The notes under the pieces were generated by a model. It had not been told where the DNA came from. It worked only from the letters and a program-made list of their open reading frames with translations, and made no database searches. A stretch of DNA of 64,000 bases from assembly GCA_038212275.1 (NCBI GenBank), contig JBBQUR010000011.1, positions 1-64,000 of the forward strand, written 5' to 3'. The stretch comes from Planctomycetota bacterium. GTDB taxonomy: Bacteria; Planctomycetota; B15-G4. The position numbers and the translations under genes were made by a program. Positions 55,249 to 64,000 of this stretch are shown here, piece after piece (within the stretch, counting starts at the first letter, position 1; each line of letters begins with the position of its first letter).

Positions 55249-56985
55249 ATGACCGCTGCCCGCACCCCCGTCACCGGCGCGACCCCCGTCTCGCAACCAC
55301 TGTTCCCGACGCCCCGGGGCGCCGCGCCCTGCGCCTCGTCAGTAGCGTCAGCGTCCTCGAGGCCGGCGCTGTCGGCTCGGTTCGGCACCGCTGCGGCGCT
55401 GGCCGCCGCGATGCTCGTCGGTGCCTCGGCCGTGGCGCAGACGCCGCAGGCCACGCTCTTCGGCGATCACGCGGCCGACGCCTCGGGCGCCGCGCTGGCC
55501 ACCCTGCCCGATCTCGACGGCGACGGCCGCGCCGAGCTCATCGTCGGTGCGCCGGGCGACGGCAGCCAGGCTGAGCGCACCGTCCGCGTGCGCCGCAGCT
55601 CGGACGGCGGCCTCCTGCTGCGACTGGTGGACAAGACGCCGGGCGCGCGCTTCGGCGCCGCGGTCGCCGGGCTGGCGGACGTGAACGCGGATGGCCTCCC
55701 CGACCTCGCCGTGGGCTCGCCCGGCAGCGCGCCGGGCCCCGGACGCGTGCGGCTCTTCTCCGCCGCGGACGGCGCCGTGCTGCTCGACTTGTTCTCCGGC
55801 GGCAATGACTCCTGGGACGGCTTCGGCGCCGCGCTTGCGCCTCTGGCCGACATCGACGGCGACGGCGCCTCGGACCTGTTCGTCGGCGCCCCCTCGCTGT
55901 CCGATGAGCAGCCGGGCAGCGCCAGCATCCGCAGCGGAGCGACCGGCGCGGTGCTCGCCACCTACGTCGGTCTCGCGCCGGGCGACCGCTTCGGTGCGGC
56001 CCTGTCGGGCGTCGGTGACGTGAACGCCGACGGCACGGATGACCTGCTGATCGGTGCGCCGGCCGGCGGCTACGCGCAGGTTCGCTCCGGCGCCGACGGC
56101 AGCGTGCTGCTCCAGCTCATCGGCACCGGCGGTGACTTCGGCGCCGCGGTCGCCGCTGCGGGCGACGTCGACGGTGACGGCCACGCCGACCTCGCCGTGG
56201 GCGCGCCGGGCCTCAGCCGCGTGGATGTGCTCTCCGGCGCGAATGGCTCGCTGCTGCGGCGCGTGTCGCGCGAGGGCGCCTTCGGTGCCGCGATCGCCGC
56301 AGCCGGCGACTGGAATGGCGACGGCACGGAAGACTTCCTCGTCGGCGCGCCCGAGGAAACGGTGGCGGGTGGCCTCGGAGCCGGCAGCGTCTACGCCATC
56401 TCCGGAGCGCAGGGTGACGTGCTCTTCAAGGCGCCCGGCGCGGCGGCCGGTGAGCATCAGGGTGCGGCCGTGGCGGTGCTCGGGACGGCCGGCCCCGGCG
56501 TGAAGCCCGATCTTGCCGTCGGCGCCACCGGACTGGTCGGCCCGGCGGCGGAGGCCTCCGGCGGCACGCGCCTCTACGCGGGCAAGCTGGTCGGCTCGAT
56601 CGTGCCGTACGGCATCGGCTGCCCCGGCTCCTTCCTCATCACGCCGCGGCTGGACCTCTCCGGCGACCCGTATCCCGGCGCCCAGGTGAAGCTCGCCATC
56701 ACCAAGGCGCTCGGTGGCTCCTTTGCGCTGCTCTTCGTGGGTGGCGGACAGGGCCTGACGCCCTTCATGAACGGCTGCATCCTCTGGGTGGCGCCGGTGC
56801 TGGTCCCGCCGATCACGCTGCCGCTCGACGGCCCGGGGCCTGGCGCCGGCAACATCACGCTGACGGAGCGCCTGCCCGAGCAGTTGCCTGTCGGATTCGT
56901 GGTGACGATGCAGGCCGTTGTCGCCGATCCAGGCGCAGACGGCGGGCTTTCGTCCACCAGCGCGATTCAACTCACGATCCAGTGA
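55249..56985 (+). CDS. secreted FG-GAP repeat (integrin-alpha-like) protein
   Basis: Repeated FGAA...GDVDGDG.ADL.VGAP units; C-terminal YGIGCPG...QAVVADP...S.AI domain. Confidence 0.88.
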   Translation: MTAARTPVTGATPVSQPLFPTPRGAAPCASSVASASSRPALSARFGTAAALAAAMLVGASAVAQTPQATLFGDHAADASGAALATLPDLDGDGRAELIVGAPGDGSQAERTVRVRRSSDGGLLLRLVDKTPGARFGAAVAGLADVNADGLPDLAVGSPGSAPGPGRVRLFSAADGAVLLDLFSGGNDSWDGFGAALAPLADIDGDGASDLFVGAPSLSDEQPGSASIRSGATGAVLATYVGLAPGDRFGAALSGVGDVNADGTDDLLIGAPAGGYAQVRSGADGSVLLQLIGTGGDFGAAVAAAGDVDGDGHADLAVGAPGLSRVDVLSGANGSLLRRVSREGAFGAAIAAAGDWNGDGTEDFLVGAPEETVAGGLGAGSVYAISGAQGDVLFKAPGAAAGEHQGAAVAVLGTAGPGVKPDLAVGATGLVGPAAEASGGTRLYAGKLVGSIVPYGIGCPGSFLITPRLDLSGDPYPGAQVKLAITKALGGSFALLFVGGGQGLTPFMNGCILWVAPVLVPPITLPLDGPGPGAGNITLTERLPEQLPVGFVVTMQAVVADPGADGGLSSTSAIQLTIQ

Positions 56986-57216
56986 CGGCCGACGGCGGCG
57001 ACCGAAGCCGCACCCACGGATCCTTTGCAAGGTCTTTCCGACACTCGCACGAGTTGTGGCGTAGGCTCACTCACGAGCCCTCGAGCAGGGGCTCCGGAGA
57101 AAGCCCACAACCCGTCCCTGCACCACCTGTTCTTCGGGCTGTGCTTCAGGCGAGCGGTCACGAGCAGGAACCGCGTCCCGCCTGCTGCCTGCCCTGCCAC
57201 TGACGAGGAGGTCGCG

Positions 57217-57969
57217 ATGTTGATGTTTCAGACCATGTCGTCCCGCGCAGAAGACATGAAGTTTCATGGCGCGCCGACTGCGTGGCAGAGCTTGCTGGCC
57301 GTCGCCGCGCTGACTGCGATGTTGCTCGGCGCACCGTCCGCCGGCGCCCAGGAGGCGCCCGGCACACCGATCGTCGAGCGCAGCGGCGCTGACACCGGCG
57401 TCGACGCAGGTGCAGTCCGCAGCGCTCCGGGCACGACGGGCGCCGCGGCCACGACCAGCACCGCGCAGCCACGCACCACGGCCAGCGACATCGACCTGAG
57501 CGAGGCGCCCCTCGTGGCCGGCATGCTGGAAGACGAAGCGCTGCACCGCGATCGCATCGGGCGCATCCGCCGTCTGCGCCAACTGGCGGTCGAGGGCAAC
57601 CAGCGCGAGCGACTCGGGCAACTCGACGACCTCGAACTTCAGGAGGTGCGGCGTCACGAGGCCCGCGCGGTGCGCGACCGCAGCCTGCTTTCGGAGCGCT
57701 CGGCCCTCGCGGTGGACGACTTCGTGAAGCGCGGCGGCCTGTACCGCGCCCGCGGCAAGGACATCGCCATCGCCCGCCAGCGCAAATTCGGCTCGTCCGG
57801 CGACGACATCTCCCGGCGCCGTGCGAACGCGGACGGCAGCCCCGAGCGCAGCGCGACGCGCGCGACGCGGGCCGGCACGTCAGGCAGGTCGTCCGGCTCC
57901 GCGAGCCGCGGTGGGAGCAGCCGCGGCGGCAGCAGCAGCGGTGGAACCCGCAGCGGAGGGCCGCGGTGA
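57217..57969 (+). CDS. secreted hypothetical protein with Ser/Gly/Arg-rich tail
   Basis: Strong RBS GAGGAGG; signal peptide ...LLGAPSAGA; helical charged core. Confidence 0.6.
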   Translation: MLMFQTMSSRAEDMKFHGAPTAWQSLLAVAALTAMLLGAPSAGAQEAPGTPIVERSGADTGVDAGAVRSAPGTTGAAATTSTAQPRTTASDIDLSEAPLVAGMLEDEALHRDRIGRIRRLRQLAVEGNQRERLGQLDDLELQEVRRHEARAVRDRSLLSERSALAVDDFVKRGGLYRARGKDIAIARQRKFGSSGDDISRRRANADGSPERSATRATRAGTSGRSSGSASRGGSSRGGSSSGGTRSGGPR

Positions 57970-58220
57970 TGTCCACGCACGAAGAGAACCCCGGCCTGCG
58001 CCCGACGCTCGGCTGGCTCATCGCCACGCTGACCGGCGGCGCGCTCCTGCTTTCCAGCTCGGGCTGCTCGGCGACACCCGAAGACGAGCCCGTGGACGAC
58101 ATCGAGATTCACCTGCCCACGCAGGCCGAGGCCGATGCCGCGGCCGACAAGTCGATCAACGCCAGCAATGCGGACGCCGAGTATCGCAGGCTGCTCGCGG
58201 AACTGGCGCAGGGCGACTGA
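57966..58220 (+). CDS. small acidic lipoprotein
   Basis: LLLSSSGC lipobox-like; overlaps the upstream stop. Confidence 0.55.
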   Translation: MMSTHEENPGLRPTLGWLIATLTGGALLLSSSGCSATPEDEPVDDIEIHLPTQAEADAAADKSINASNADAEYRRLLAELAQGD

Positions 58221-58300
58221 CGCGCGGCGAGCGCGCCGCTCCAAGGCGCTGCTCGCTCTGCGCGCGTTCAGCGCGCGTCAGCGCGCGTTCGGCGCGCTGC

Positions 58301-59269
58301 TCAATGCGCTGCCGTGGCGCGCACGGCGCGGCCGCGCACCAGGGTCAGCGTGACGATGCTGCCCACGATGAGCGCGGCGCCCGCGAGCACGAGCCATGTC
58401 AGCGGCGGGTCGCCGAGCCACTGACCCCAGACCATCGCGAGCACGACGCCCAGGAAGAACATGTTCGTCGCCCGGCTCGCGGTCTCGCGCTGCATGCCCA
58501 TGGTCATGAAGATCTGGGCGGCGATCGACGAGGCGGACATCGCGGCGAGCAACCACCATTGCGTGCCCGCCGGCGTGACCCACTCCCAGGCGCACATCAC
58601 GCCGGACACCGGCAGCGAGACGAGCACCAGCGCCAGCACCACCACGAGGTGGTGTTCGGTCTTCGCGGTGGCGCGCACGACGGTGTAGGTCGCGCCATTC
58701 ACGATGGCCGAGCCGAAGGCGATGAGGCTGGCGAGCAGCGGCGCGTGCGGCTCGGGCTTCACGACCAGCGCGACGCCCAGCAGGCACACCGCGGAGGCGT
58801 ACCACGCGGCGCGCCCGGCGCGCTCGCCGAGAAAACGCTGCGCGAAGAGCGCCGCGAAGATCGGGCTGCAGCCCGTGAGCAGGATGGCGTTGCCGAGCGG
58901 CAGCGCCGACAGCGAGGCGAAGTAAGCCAGCATGCCGGTGAAGCCCAGCGCGCCGCGCGCCAGCAGCAGGCGTCGGTTGTTGCCCAGCGGCGACAGCCCG
59001 CGCGCCCTCAGCATCCACAGCAGCACGGGGATGGTGACCGCCGTGCGGACGAAGATCTTCTCGTGCGCGGGCATCTCCTTCCCCAGCAGCTTCACGCACA
59101 CCGCCATGATGGAGAAGAGCAGCACGGCCAGCGCCATGCACACCATGCCGGACAGGGCCGCGGGAGCGTCGGCGGGCGCCGCGGCGCGCGCGGCATCGGA
59201 AGAGCGGCCCGTCGCGTCGTCGCTGGCCGCGCCTCCCGCGCCGGCGAGGACCTCGGGCAACGTGAGCAT
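58301..59269 (-). CDS. DMT/EamA-family transporter
   Basis: About 10 TM segments; LFSIMAVCVK, LLARGALG, SPIFAALFA..FLGER. Confidence 0.9.
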   Translation of the reverse strand: MLTLPEVLAGAGGAASDDATGRSSDAARAAAPADAPAALSGMVCMALAVLLFSIMAVCVKLLGKEMPAHEKIFVRTAVTIPVLLWMLRARGLSPLGNNRRLLLARGALGFTGMLAYFASLSALPLGNAILLTGCSPIFAALFAQRFLGERAGRAAWYASAVCLLGVALVVKPEPHAPLLASLIAFGSAIVNGATYTVVRATAKTEHHLVVVLALVLVSLPVSGVMCAWEWVTPAGTQWWLLAAMSASSIAAQIFMTMGMQRETASRATNMFFLGVVLAMVWGQWLGDPPLTWLVLAGAALIVGSIVTLTLVRGRAVRATAAH

Positions 59270-59319
59270 CGGGGGACCGTCGCGGCCCGTTCCTGCGGAG
59301 TCCGTCACTAGGCCAGCCT

Positions 59320-60888
59320 TCAGACCTTCGCGGCGCGGCGCGTGAAGAAGCGCTCCTTGAGGATCTGCAGGAAGGAGTCGAACTTGCTGTCTTCGCGGCC
59401 GCTCCAGAAGTTGCGGGCGATGCGCAGCAGGCGCTTCGGGTTGACGAGGATGGCGCGCGAGTAGAAGGCCAGCACGATGCGGAAGCGCCAGTAGGTGAGC
59501 GCCCTGGCGCTCATCGAGCCGGAGAAGTTGCGCTCCTCGGTGAGCCAGCGGTCGTGCACGAAGATGGGCGCCATCATGAGGTCGTCGTTCAGGGCGATCT
59601 TCCCGTCGGTCTCGAGCTGCTTGTAGAACTTCGTGCCCGGAATCGGGAAGTAGAAGCCCACCGCCACGTCGTCCACGCCGGCCCGCGCGAGGCGTCGCGC
59701 CCACTTCACGGTGTCCTTGAAGTTCTGCTTGTTGTCGCCGGGGAAGCCGAGCACGAAGAAGACCGCGGTGTTGAGCTTGTGCTTCACCGCAGCATCAACT
59801 GCGGAAAACAGGCTCTTCTCGGTCATCTGCTTGCTGACCTTCTTGCGCACTTCCTCGCTGCCGCTTTCGGGCGCGAAGTTCAGCGACCAGCCGCCCGAGG
59901 CCGCGAGGAGCGAGGCCACCTCGTCGTCCACGACCTCGCAGCGCGTGCCGGAGGGCAGCTGCCACGAGATCTGCAGCTTGCGCGCGATGATTTCGCGGCA
60001 GAAGTCGACGATCCACTCGCGGCGCAGGATCGCCGTGAGGTCCTGGAAGGGGAAGTTGTTCGCGCCGTAGGTCTCGACGTAGCTCTCGATCTCGTCGACG
60101 ACCTTCTTCGGTTCGCGCGGGAGCCACTTGGTGGTCCACATGTTGGGCGAGCTGCAGTAGGCGCAGCGGTAGGGGCAGCCGCGCGTCGCCAGGATGGGCA
60201 CCGTGACGCCGTTGTGGATGCCGGTGACGAGGCCGTTCTCGTCGTAGCCGCGCACGTTGAACAGGTCCCACGCCGGGAGCGGGATGGCGTCCACGTCGCG
60301 CACGCGATCGCGGCGCGGCTCGTGCACCACGACGCCGTCCTTGCGATAGGAGACGCCGGCCAGCCCCGCGGCCCACTGCGCGACCTCGGGCTCCGGATCG
60401 GCCACCGACGCGGCGCCGCGCGCGGCGAGGTGCTCGCCGTAGCGGCGCACGATGGCGACGGCCGTCTCCTCGCCCTCGCCCAGCGCGAGGATGTGGATGG
60501 GCGTCTGCTGGAGCGAGATCTCGGGCAGCCCGGTGAAGTGCTCACCGCCGCCGATGAGCAGCACGTCGGGCCGCGCCGCGTGCAGCGCGTGGATGAGCTC
60601 CGACACGACGCGCCACTGGTAGGTGAACATCGCCGCGATGCCGACCACCTGCGTGTCCGCCGGCAGCATGGCGACGACCTCCGCGACCGGCAGCCCGAGC
60701 TGCGCGACGCGACCGGCCTGCACGATGCGATCCGGCGCCTCTCCCACCGCGTCGATCACGGTGACCTCGTGCCCCGCGGCGCGCAGCGAGCCGGCCACGT
60801 AGGCCAGCCCCAGCGGCAGGCTGGGCCGGAGCGACGTCAGCGCCGTCGGATTCAGGAAGGCCGGCGGATGGATGAGCGTGACGCGCAT
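59320..60888 (-). CDS. cobalamin-binding radical SAM protein
   Basis: MRVTLIHPP, PLGLAYVA, GGEH, GEGE, ATRGCPYRCAYC, APESGS, FVLGFPGD. Confidence 0.92.
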   Translation of the reverse strand: MRVTLIHPPAFLNPTALTSLRPSLPLGLAYVAGSLRAAGHEVTVIDAVGEAPDRIVQAGRVAQLGLPVAEVVAMLPADTQVVGIAAMFTYQWRVVSELIHALHAARPDVLLIGGGEHFTGLPEISLQQTPIHILALGEGEETAVAIVRRYGEHLAARGAASVADPEPEVAQWAAGLAGVSYRKDGVVVHEPRRDRVRDVDAIPLPAWDLFNVRGYDENGLVTGIHNGVTVPILATRGCPYRCAYCSSPNMWTTKWLPREPKKVVDEIESYVETYGANNFPFQDLTAILRREWIVDFCREIIARKLQISWQLPSGTRCEVVDDEVASLLAASGGWSLNFAPESGSEEVRKKVSKQMTEKSLFSAVDAAVKHKLNTAVFFVLGFPGDNKQNFKDTVKWARRLARAGVDDVAVGFYFPIPGTKFYKQLETDGKIALNDDLMMAPIFVHDRWLTEERNFSGSMSARALTYWRFRIVLAFYSRAILVNPKRLLRIARNFWSGREDSKFDSFLQILKERFFTRRAAKV

Positions 60889-61223
60889 GGTGTCGGGCAG
60901 GGTGACCGTGAGACGAGAACCGCAACGGCGAAGGCGGGCCAGTGTAGCCCCCACCACCGCAAGCCGCCATCGACGCGGCATCCCCGTTCATCGGAATGAA
61001 GCGCCGTCCAGCCTGCGCGAATCTGCAACCGAGGCCCGCATCCGCAGACCGGCGCGCCCCGGACCCACGCGCCGTACACCGGCGCGCCGCTCTCGTCCAG
61101 CACTCGGCCGCCACGGTCGCCCCACGCAGTCTGGCTGTGCCGTTTCCCTGTCTTGTGCCGATACCATGCGACCAGAATTCGCGACCGCGACTCGCGCGGT
61201 GCGAACGCACCCCCGGAGGACAC

Positions 61224-62942
61224 ATGACGCACGCCGCCAGCCCGCTCCCCGCCGCCAACGCGGCCCCGCAGAACGTGAAGCCGCCGCGCGCCCCCATCGT
61301 CCTCGTCTGCGACAGCCTGGATCCCGACGGCCTGGCGCTGCTGGCGGCGGCCGGTTTCGAGGTGCGCGTGAAGACCGGTCTGACGCCCGCGCAGATCGCG
61401 GAGGCCGCGCGCGACGTGGACGCGATCCTCGTGCGCAGCACGAGCAAGGTGAGCGCGGACATCCTCGATGCGGCGAAGCGCCTGCGCGTCGTCGGCCGCG
61501 CGGGCATCGGCGTCGACACCATCGACGTGCCGGCGGCCTCGCGCCACGGCGTGCTCGTGATGAACACGCCCGCGGCCAATGCGGTCTCGGCCGGCGAGCT
61601 TGCGCTGGCGCACCTCTTCTCGCTGGCGCGCAAGCTGCCCGCCGCGGACGCAAGCATGAAGGCCGGCAAGTGGGAGAAGTCCTCGCTCACCGGCACGGAG
61701 ATCACGGGCAAAACGCTGGCCGTCGTCGGTCTCGGGAAGATCGGGCGCGTCGTCGCCGAGCGCGCGCTCGGCCTGTCGATGCGCGTGCTCGCCTACGACC
61801 CCTTCCTGCGCGGGCCTTCGCCGATCCCGGGCGTGACGCTGGTGGACCTCGACCGGGCGCTGGCGGAAGCCGACTTCCTCACGCTGCACGTCCCGGGCGG
61901 CAAGGACACGGCAAGCCTGCTCGGCGCGGTGCAGCTGGCCCGCATGAAGCCCGGCAGCTTCGTCATCAACTGCGCGCGCGGCGGCATCGTCGACGAGGCC
62001 GCGCTCATCGCGGCGCTGGAGTCGGGCCACCTCGGAGGCGCGGCGCTCGACGTCTTCAGCACCGAGCCGCTGCCCGCCGACAGCCCGCTCCGCCGCACGA
62101 AGAACCTGCTGCTCACGCCGCACCTCGGCGCCAGCAGCGAAGAGGCGCAGAAGCGCGTGTCGGTGGAGATCTGCCAGCAGCTCATCGACTTCCTGCAGCG
62201 CGGCGAGGCGCGCGGCGCCGTCAACGCGCCGCTGCTCTCGCCCGAGGCGCTGGCCGTGCTGCGACCCTACATCACGCTGGGCCAGCGCTGCGGCCTGCTG
62301 CTCGGCCTCACGGCGGGGCCCGCGGCCGGCGCCGTGCGCATCCGCTACTGCGGCGATCTCGCGCAGAGGCCCGTGGACGCGGTGCGCCTCGCGGTGCTTT
62401 CGGGCCTGCTCACGCCGGCGCTCGACGGGCCGGTGAATGTCGTCAACGCCGGGCTGCTCGCCGCGGAGCGCGGACTTTCCGTCGTCGAGGAGCGCGAGCC
62501 GGCGGGCAGCGAATACGCCTCGTTGCTGCGCGTCTCGGTGACGGCCGCCGACGGCAGCGAGCACGCGGTGGCCGGCACCGCCTTCCGCGGCCAGCCGCGC
62601 CTCGTGGAGTTCGCGGGCTTCGGGGTGGACTTCGTGCCGCAGGGCGAGCTGCTGCTCACGCGCCATCGCGACGCGCCGGGCGTGCTGGGCCTCGTCGCCA
62701 GCTGGCTCGGGACACACGGCATCAACATCGGCGGCCTGCACATGGGCGCGCCGCGGTCCGCCCCGGACGGCGTGCGGCCCGCGTCGACATCCCCTGCCAC
62801 CGGCACAGGTCAGGGCAACCGGCCGGGTGAGGCGCTGGCCCTCTATCAGCTCGACCGGGCGCTCGGCCCCGACGAACTCGACGAGCTGACCCGGCTGCCA
62901 CCCATCGTCAGCGCCCGCGGCCTCTCGCTGGGCGCCGGCTGA
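61224..62942 (+). CDS. serA: D-3-phosphoglycerate dehydrogenase (long form)
   Basis: GRAGIGVDTID, VMNTPAAN, GKTLAVVGLGKIG, NCARGG, TPHLGAS, C-terminal ACT-like D.PGVLG...INI; RBS GGAGGA. Confidence 0.95.
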   Translation: MTHAASPLPAANAAPQNVKPPRAPIVLVCDSLDPDGLALLAAAGFEVRVKTGLTPAQIAEAARDVDAILVRSTSKVSADILDAAKRLRVVGRAGIGVDTIDVPAASRHGVLVMNTPAANAVSAGELALAHLFSLARKLPAADASMKAGKWEKSSLTGTEITGKTLAVVGLGKIGRVVAERALGLSMRVLAYDPFLRGPSPIPGVTLVDLDRALAEADFLTLHVPGGKDTASLLGAVQLARMKPGSFVINCARGGIVDEAALIAALESGHLGGAALDVFSTEPLPADSPLRRTKNLLLTPHLGASSEEAQKRVSVEICQQLIDFLQRGEARGAVNAPLLSPEALAVLRPYITLGQRCGLLLGLTAGPAAGAVRIRYCGDLAQRPVDAVRLAVLSGLLTPALDGPVNVVNAGLLAAERGLSVVEEREPAGSEYASLLRVSVTAADGSEHAVAGTAFRGQPRLVEFAGFGVDFVPQGELLLTRHRDAPGVLGLVASWLGTHGINIGGLHMGAPRSAPDGVRPASTSPATGTGQGNRPGEALALYQLDRALGPDELDELTRLPPIVSARGLSLGAG

Positions 62943-63009
62943 GTCCGCGCCACCTGGCGGTGCGCTCTCCGGCGTGGCCCGGCCGGCGGGCGCAGCCTAC
63001 GATGCGCCC

Positions 63010-63789
63010 ATGACCGCAGGTCCCGATGCGCCGTCGCCCGATGCCTCGAAGGCGGCGCACGGCGCGGCGCCGGCAGCGCACGCCCCGCCCTTCGAGCGCA
63101 TCGTCTTCGATTGCGACAGCACGCTGGCGCGGCTCGAGGGCATCGAGGAACTCTCCGGCGCGCACCGGGAGCAGGTCGAGGAACTCACCGCGCAGGCGAT
63201 GAACGGGCTCATCCCGCTGCAGGACGTCTACGCACGCCGGCTCGAGCTCGTGCGGCCGTCGCGAAACGCAGTGGCCACGATCGGGCGCCGCTACATCGAG
63301 ACCGCGGTGCCGCAGGCGCAGCAGACGATGATGGCGCTGCGCTCGCTGGGCAAGGAGCTGCTCATCGTCTCGGGCGGGCTGCGCATGGCGGTCGTCACCT
63401 TTGCCGGCTGGCTGGGCCTCAGCGACCAGCACGTGCACGCCGTGAAGATCTGGTTCGACGGCGATGACCGCTTCGTGGATTTCGAGCGCGGCCATCCGCT
63501 CTCGCGCTCCGGCGGCAAGCGCGAGGTGCTCGCCGCGCTGCCGCCGCGACGCACCGCCTTCGTGGGCGACGGCATGACCGACGCGGAGGCCGCCGACGTG
63601 GTGGATTGCTTCGTCTGCTTCGGCGGCGTCGTCGCGCGTCCGGCCGTTGCTGCGCGCGCGCACGTCGTCGTCAACGAGCCCTCGCTGGCGGCGTTGCTGC
63701 CCGTGCTGTGCACGCCCGCGGAGCTGGACAGGCTGAGGCGCGACCCGCGCCACGCCGCACTGCTTCGCTCGCTGCCCGCGCCGCAGTAA
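63010..63789 (+). CDS. serB: phosphoserine phosphatase (HAD-IB)
   Basis: FDCDSTL..LEGIEEL, TAQAMNG, VSGG, GGK, VGDGMTD. Confidence 0.88.
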   Translation: MTAGPDAPSPDASKAAHGAAPAAHAPPFERIVFDCDSTLARLEGIEELSGAHREQVEELTAQAMNGLIPLQDVYARRLELVRPSRNAVATIGRRYIETAVPQAQQTMMALRSLGKELLIVSGGLRMAVVTFAGWLGLSDQHVHAVKIWFDGDDRFVDFERGHPLSRSGGKREVLAALPPRRTAFVGDGMTDAEAADVVDCFVCFGGVVARPAVAARAHVVVNEPSLAALLPVLCTPAELDRLRRDPRHAALLRSLPAPQ

Positions 63790-63819
63790 GATCGCGCGCC
63801 CCGCTCACGGAGAACCTCC

Positions 63820-64000
63820 ATGCCTGCCAAGCTCTTCATCCCCGGCCCCACGCACGTGCGCCCCGAGATCCTCGCCGCGCAGGCCGCGCCGATGTTCAGC
63901 CACCGCGGCTCGGAGATGAAGCAACTGCTTGCGGACTGCCTGCCCGGCGTGCGCTCGGCCTTCGGAACCTCCGGAGACGTCGTCATCCTGTCCTGCTCGT
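63820..64000 (+). CDS. class V aminotransferase (serine-pyruvate/phosphoserine aminotransferase-like), partial
   Basis: MPAKLFIPGPTHVRPEILAAQAAPMFSHRGSEM; RBS GGAG; runs off the window end. Confidence 0.85.
   Translation, partial: MPAKLFIPGPTHVRPEILAAQAAPMFSHRGSEMKQLLADCLPGVRSAFGTSGDVVILSCS

Overview
Very GC-rich bacterial DNA. Assignment to Planctomycetota is an inference from FG-GAP proteins, a DUF1570-like protein and a recurrent C-terminal domain on secreted proteins. About 45 credible genes are present. Housekeeping genes include gltX (partial), a TrkA-type protein, two pseudouridine synthases, recD2, glpE, a class I aldolase and a serA-serB-aminotransferase operon (partial). Accessory genes include many secreted or membrane proteins, an RND/metal-uptake-like block and a minor-pilin cluster. 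No rRNA, tRNA, CRISPR array or intact transposase/integrase was recognised. Highlights: (1) a co-oriented metabolic cluster at 46.9-55.1 kb (PLP enzyme, DUF1611, PP-loop ATPase::creatininase fusion, cupin, enolase-family epimerase), which looks like an uncharacterised D-/N-acyl amino acid pathway; (2) two copies of a 31-33 bp palindrome, each abutting a slippage array; (3) TAnnnT -10 boxes 6-10 nt before many start codons, suggesting leaderless or short-leader mRNAs; (4) duplication/deletion scars, including a GH27-like protein lacking its catalytic barrel, a HipA remnant between duplicated epimerase 3' ends and a mini di-heme cytochrome; (5) a shared ~120-aa C-terminal domain on unrelated secreted proteins. 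All family calls come from motif recognition by eye; no database searches were run.
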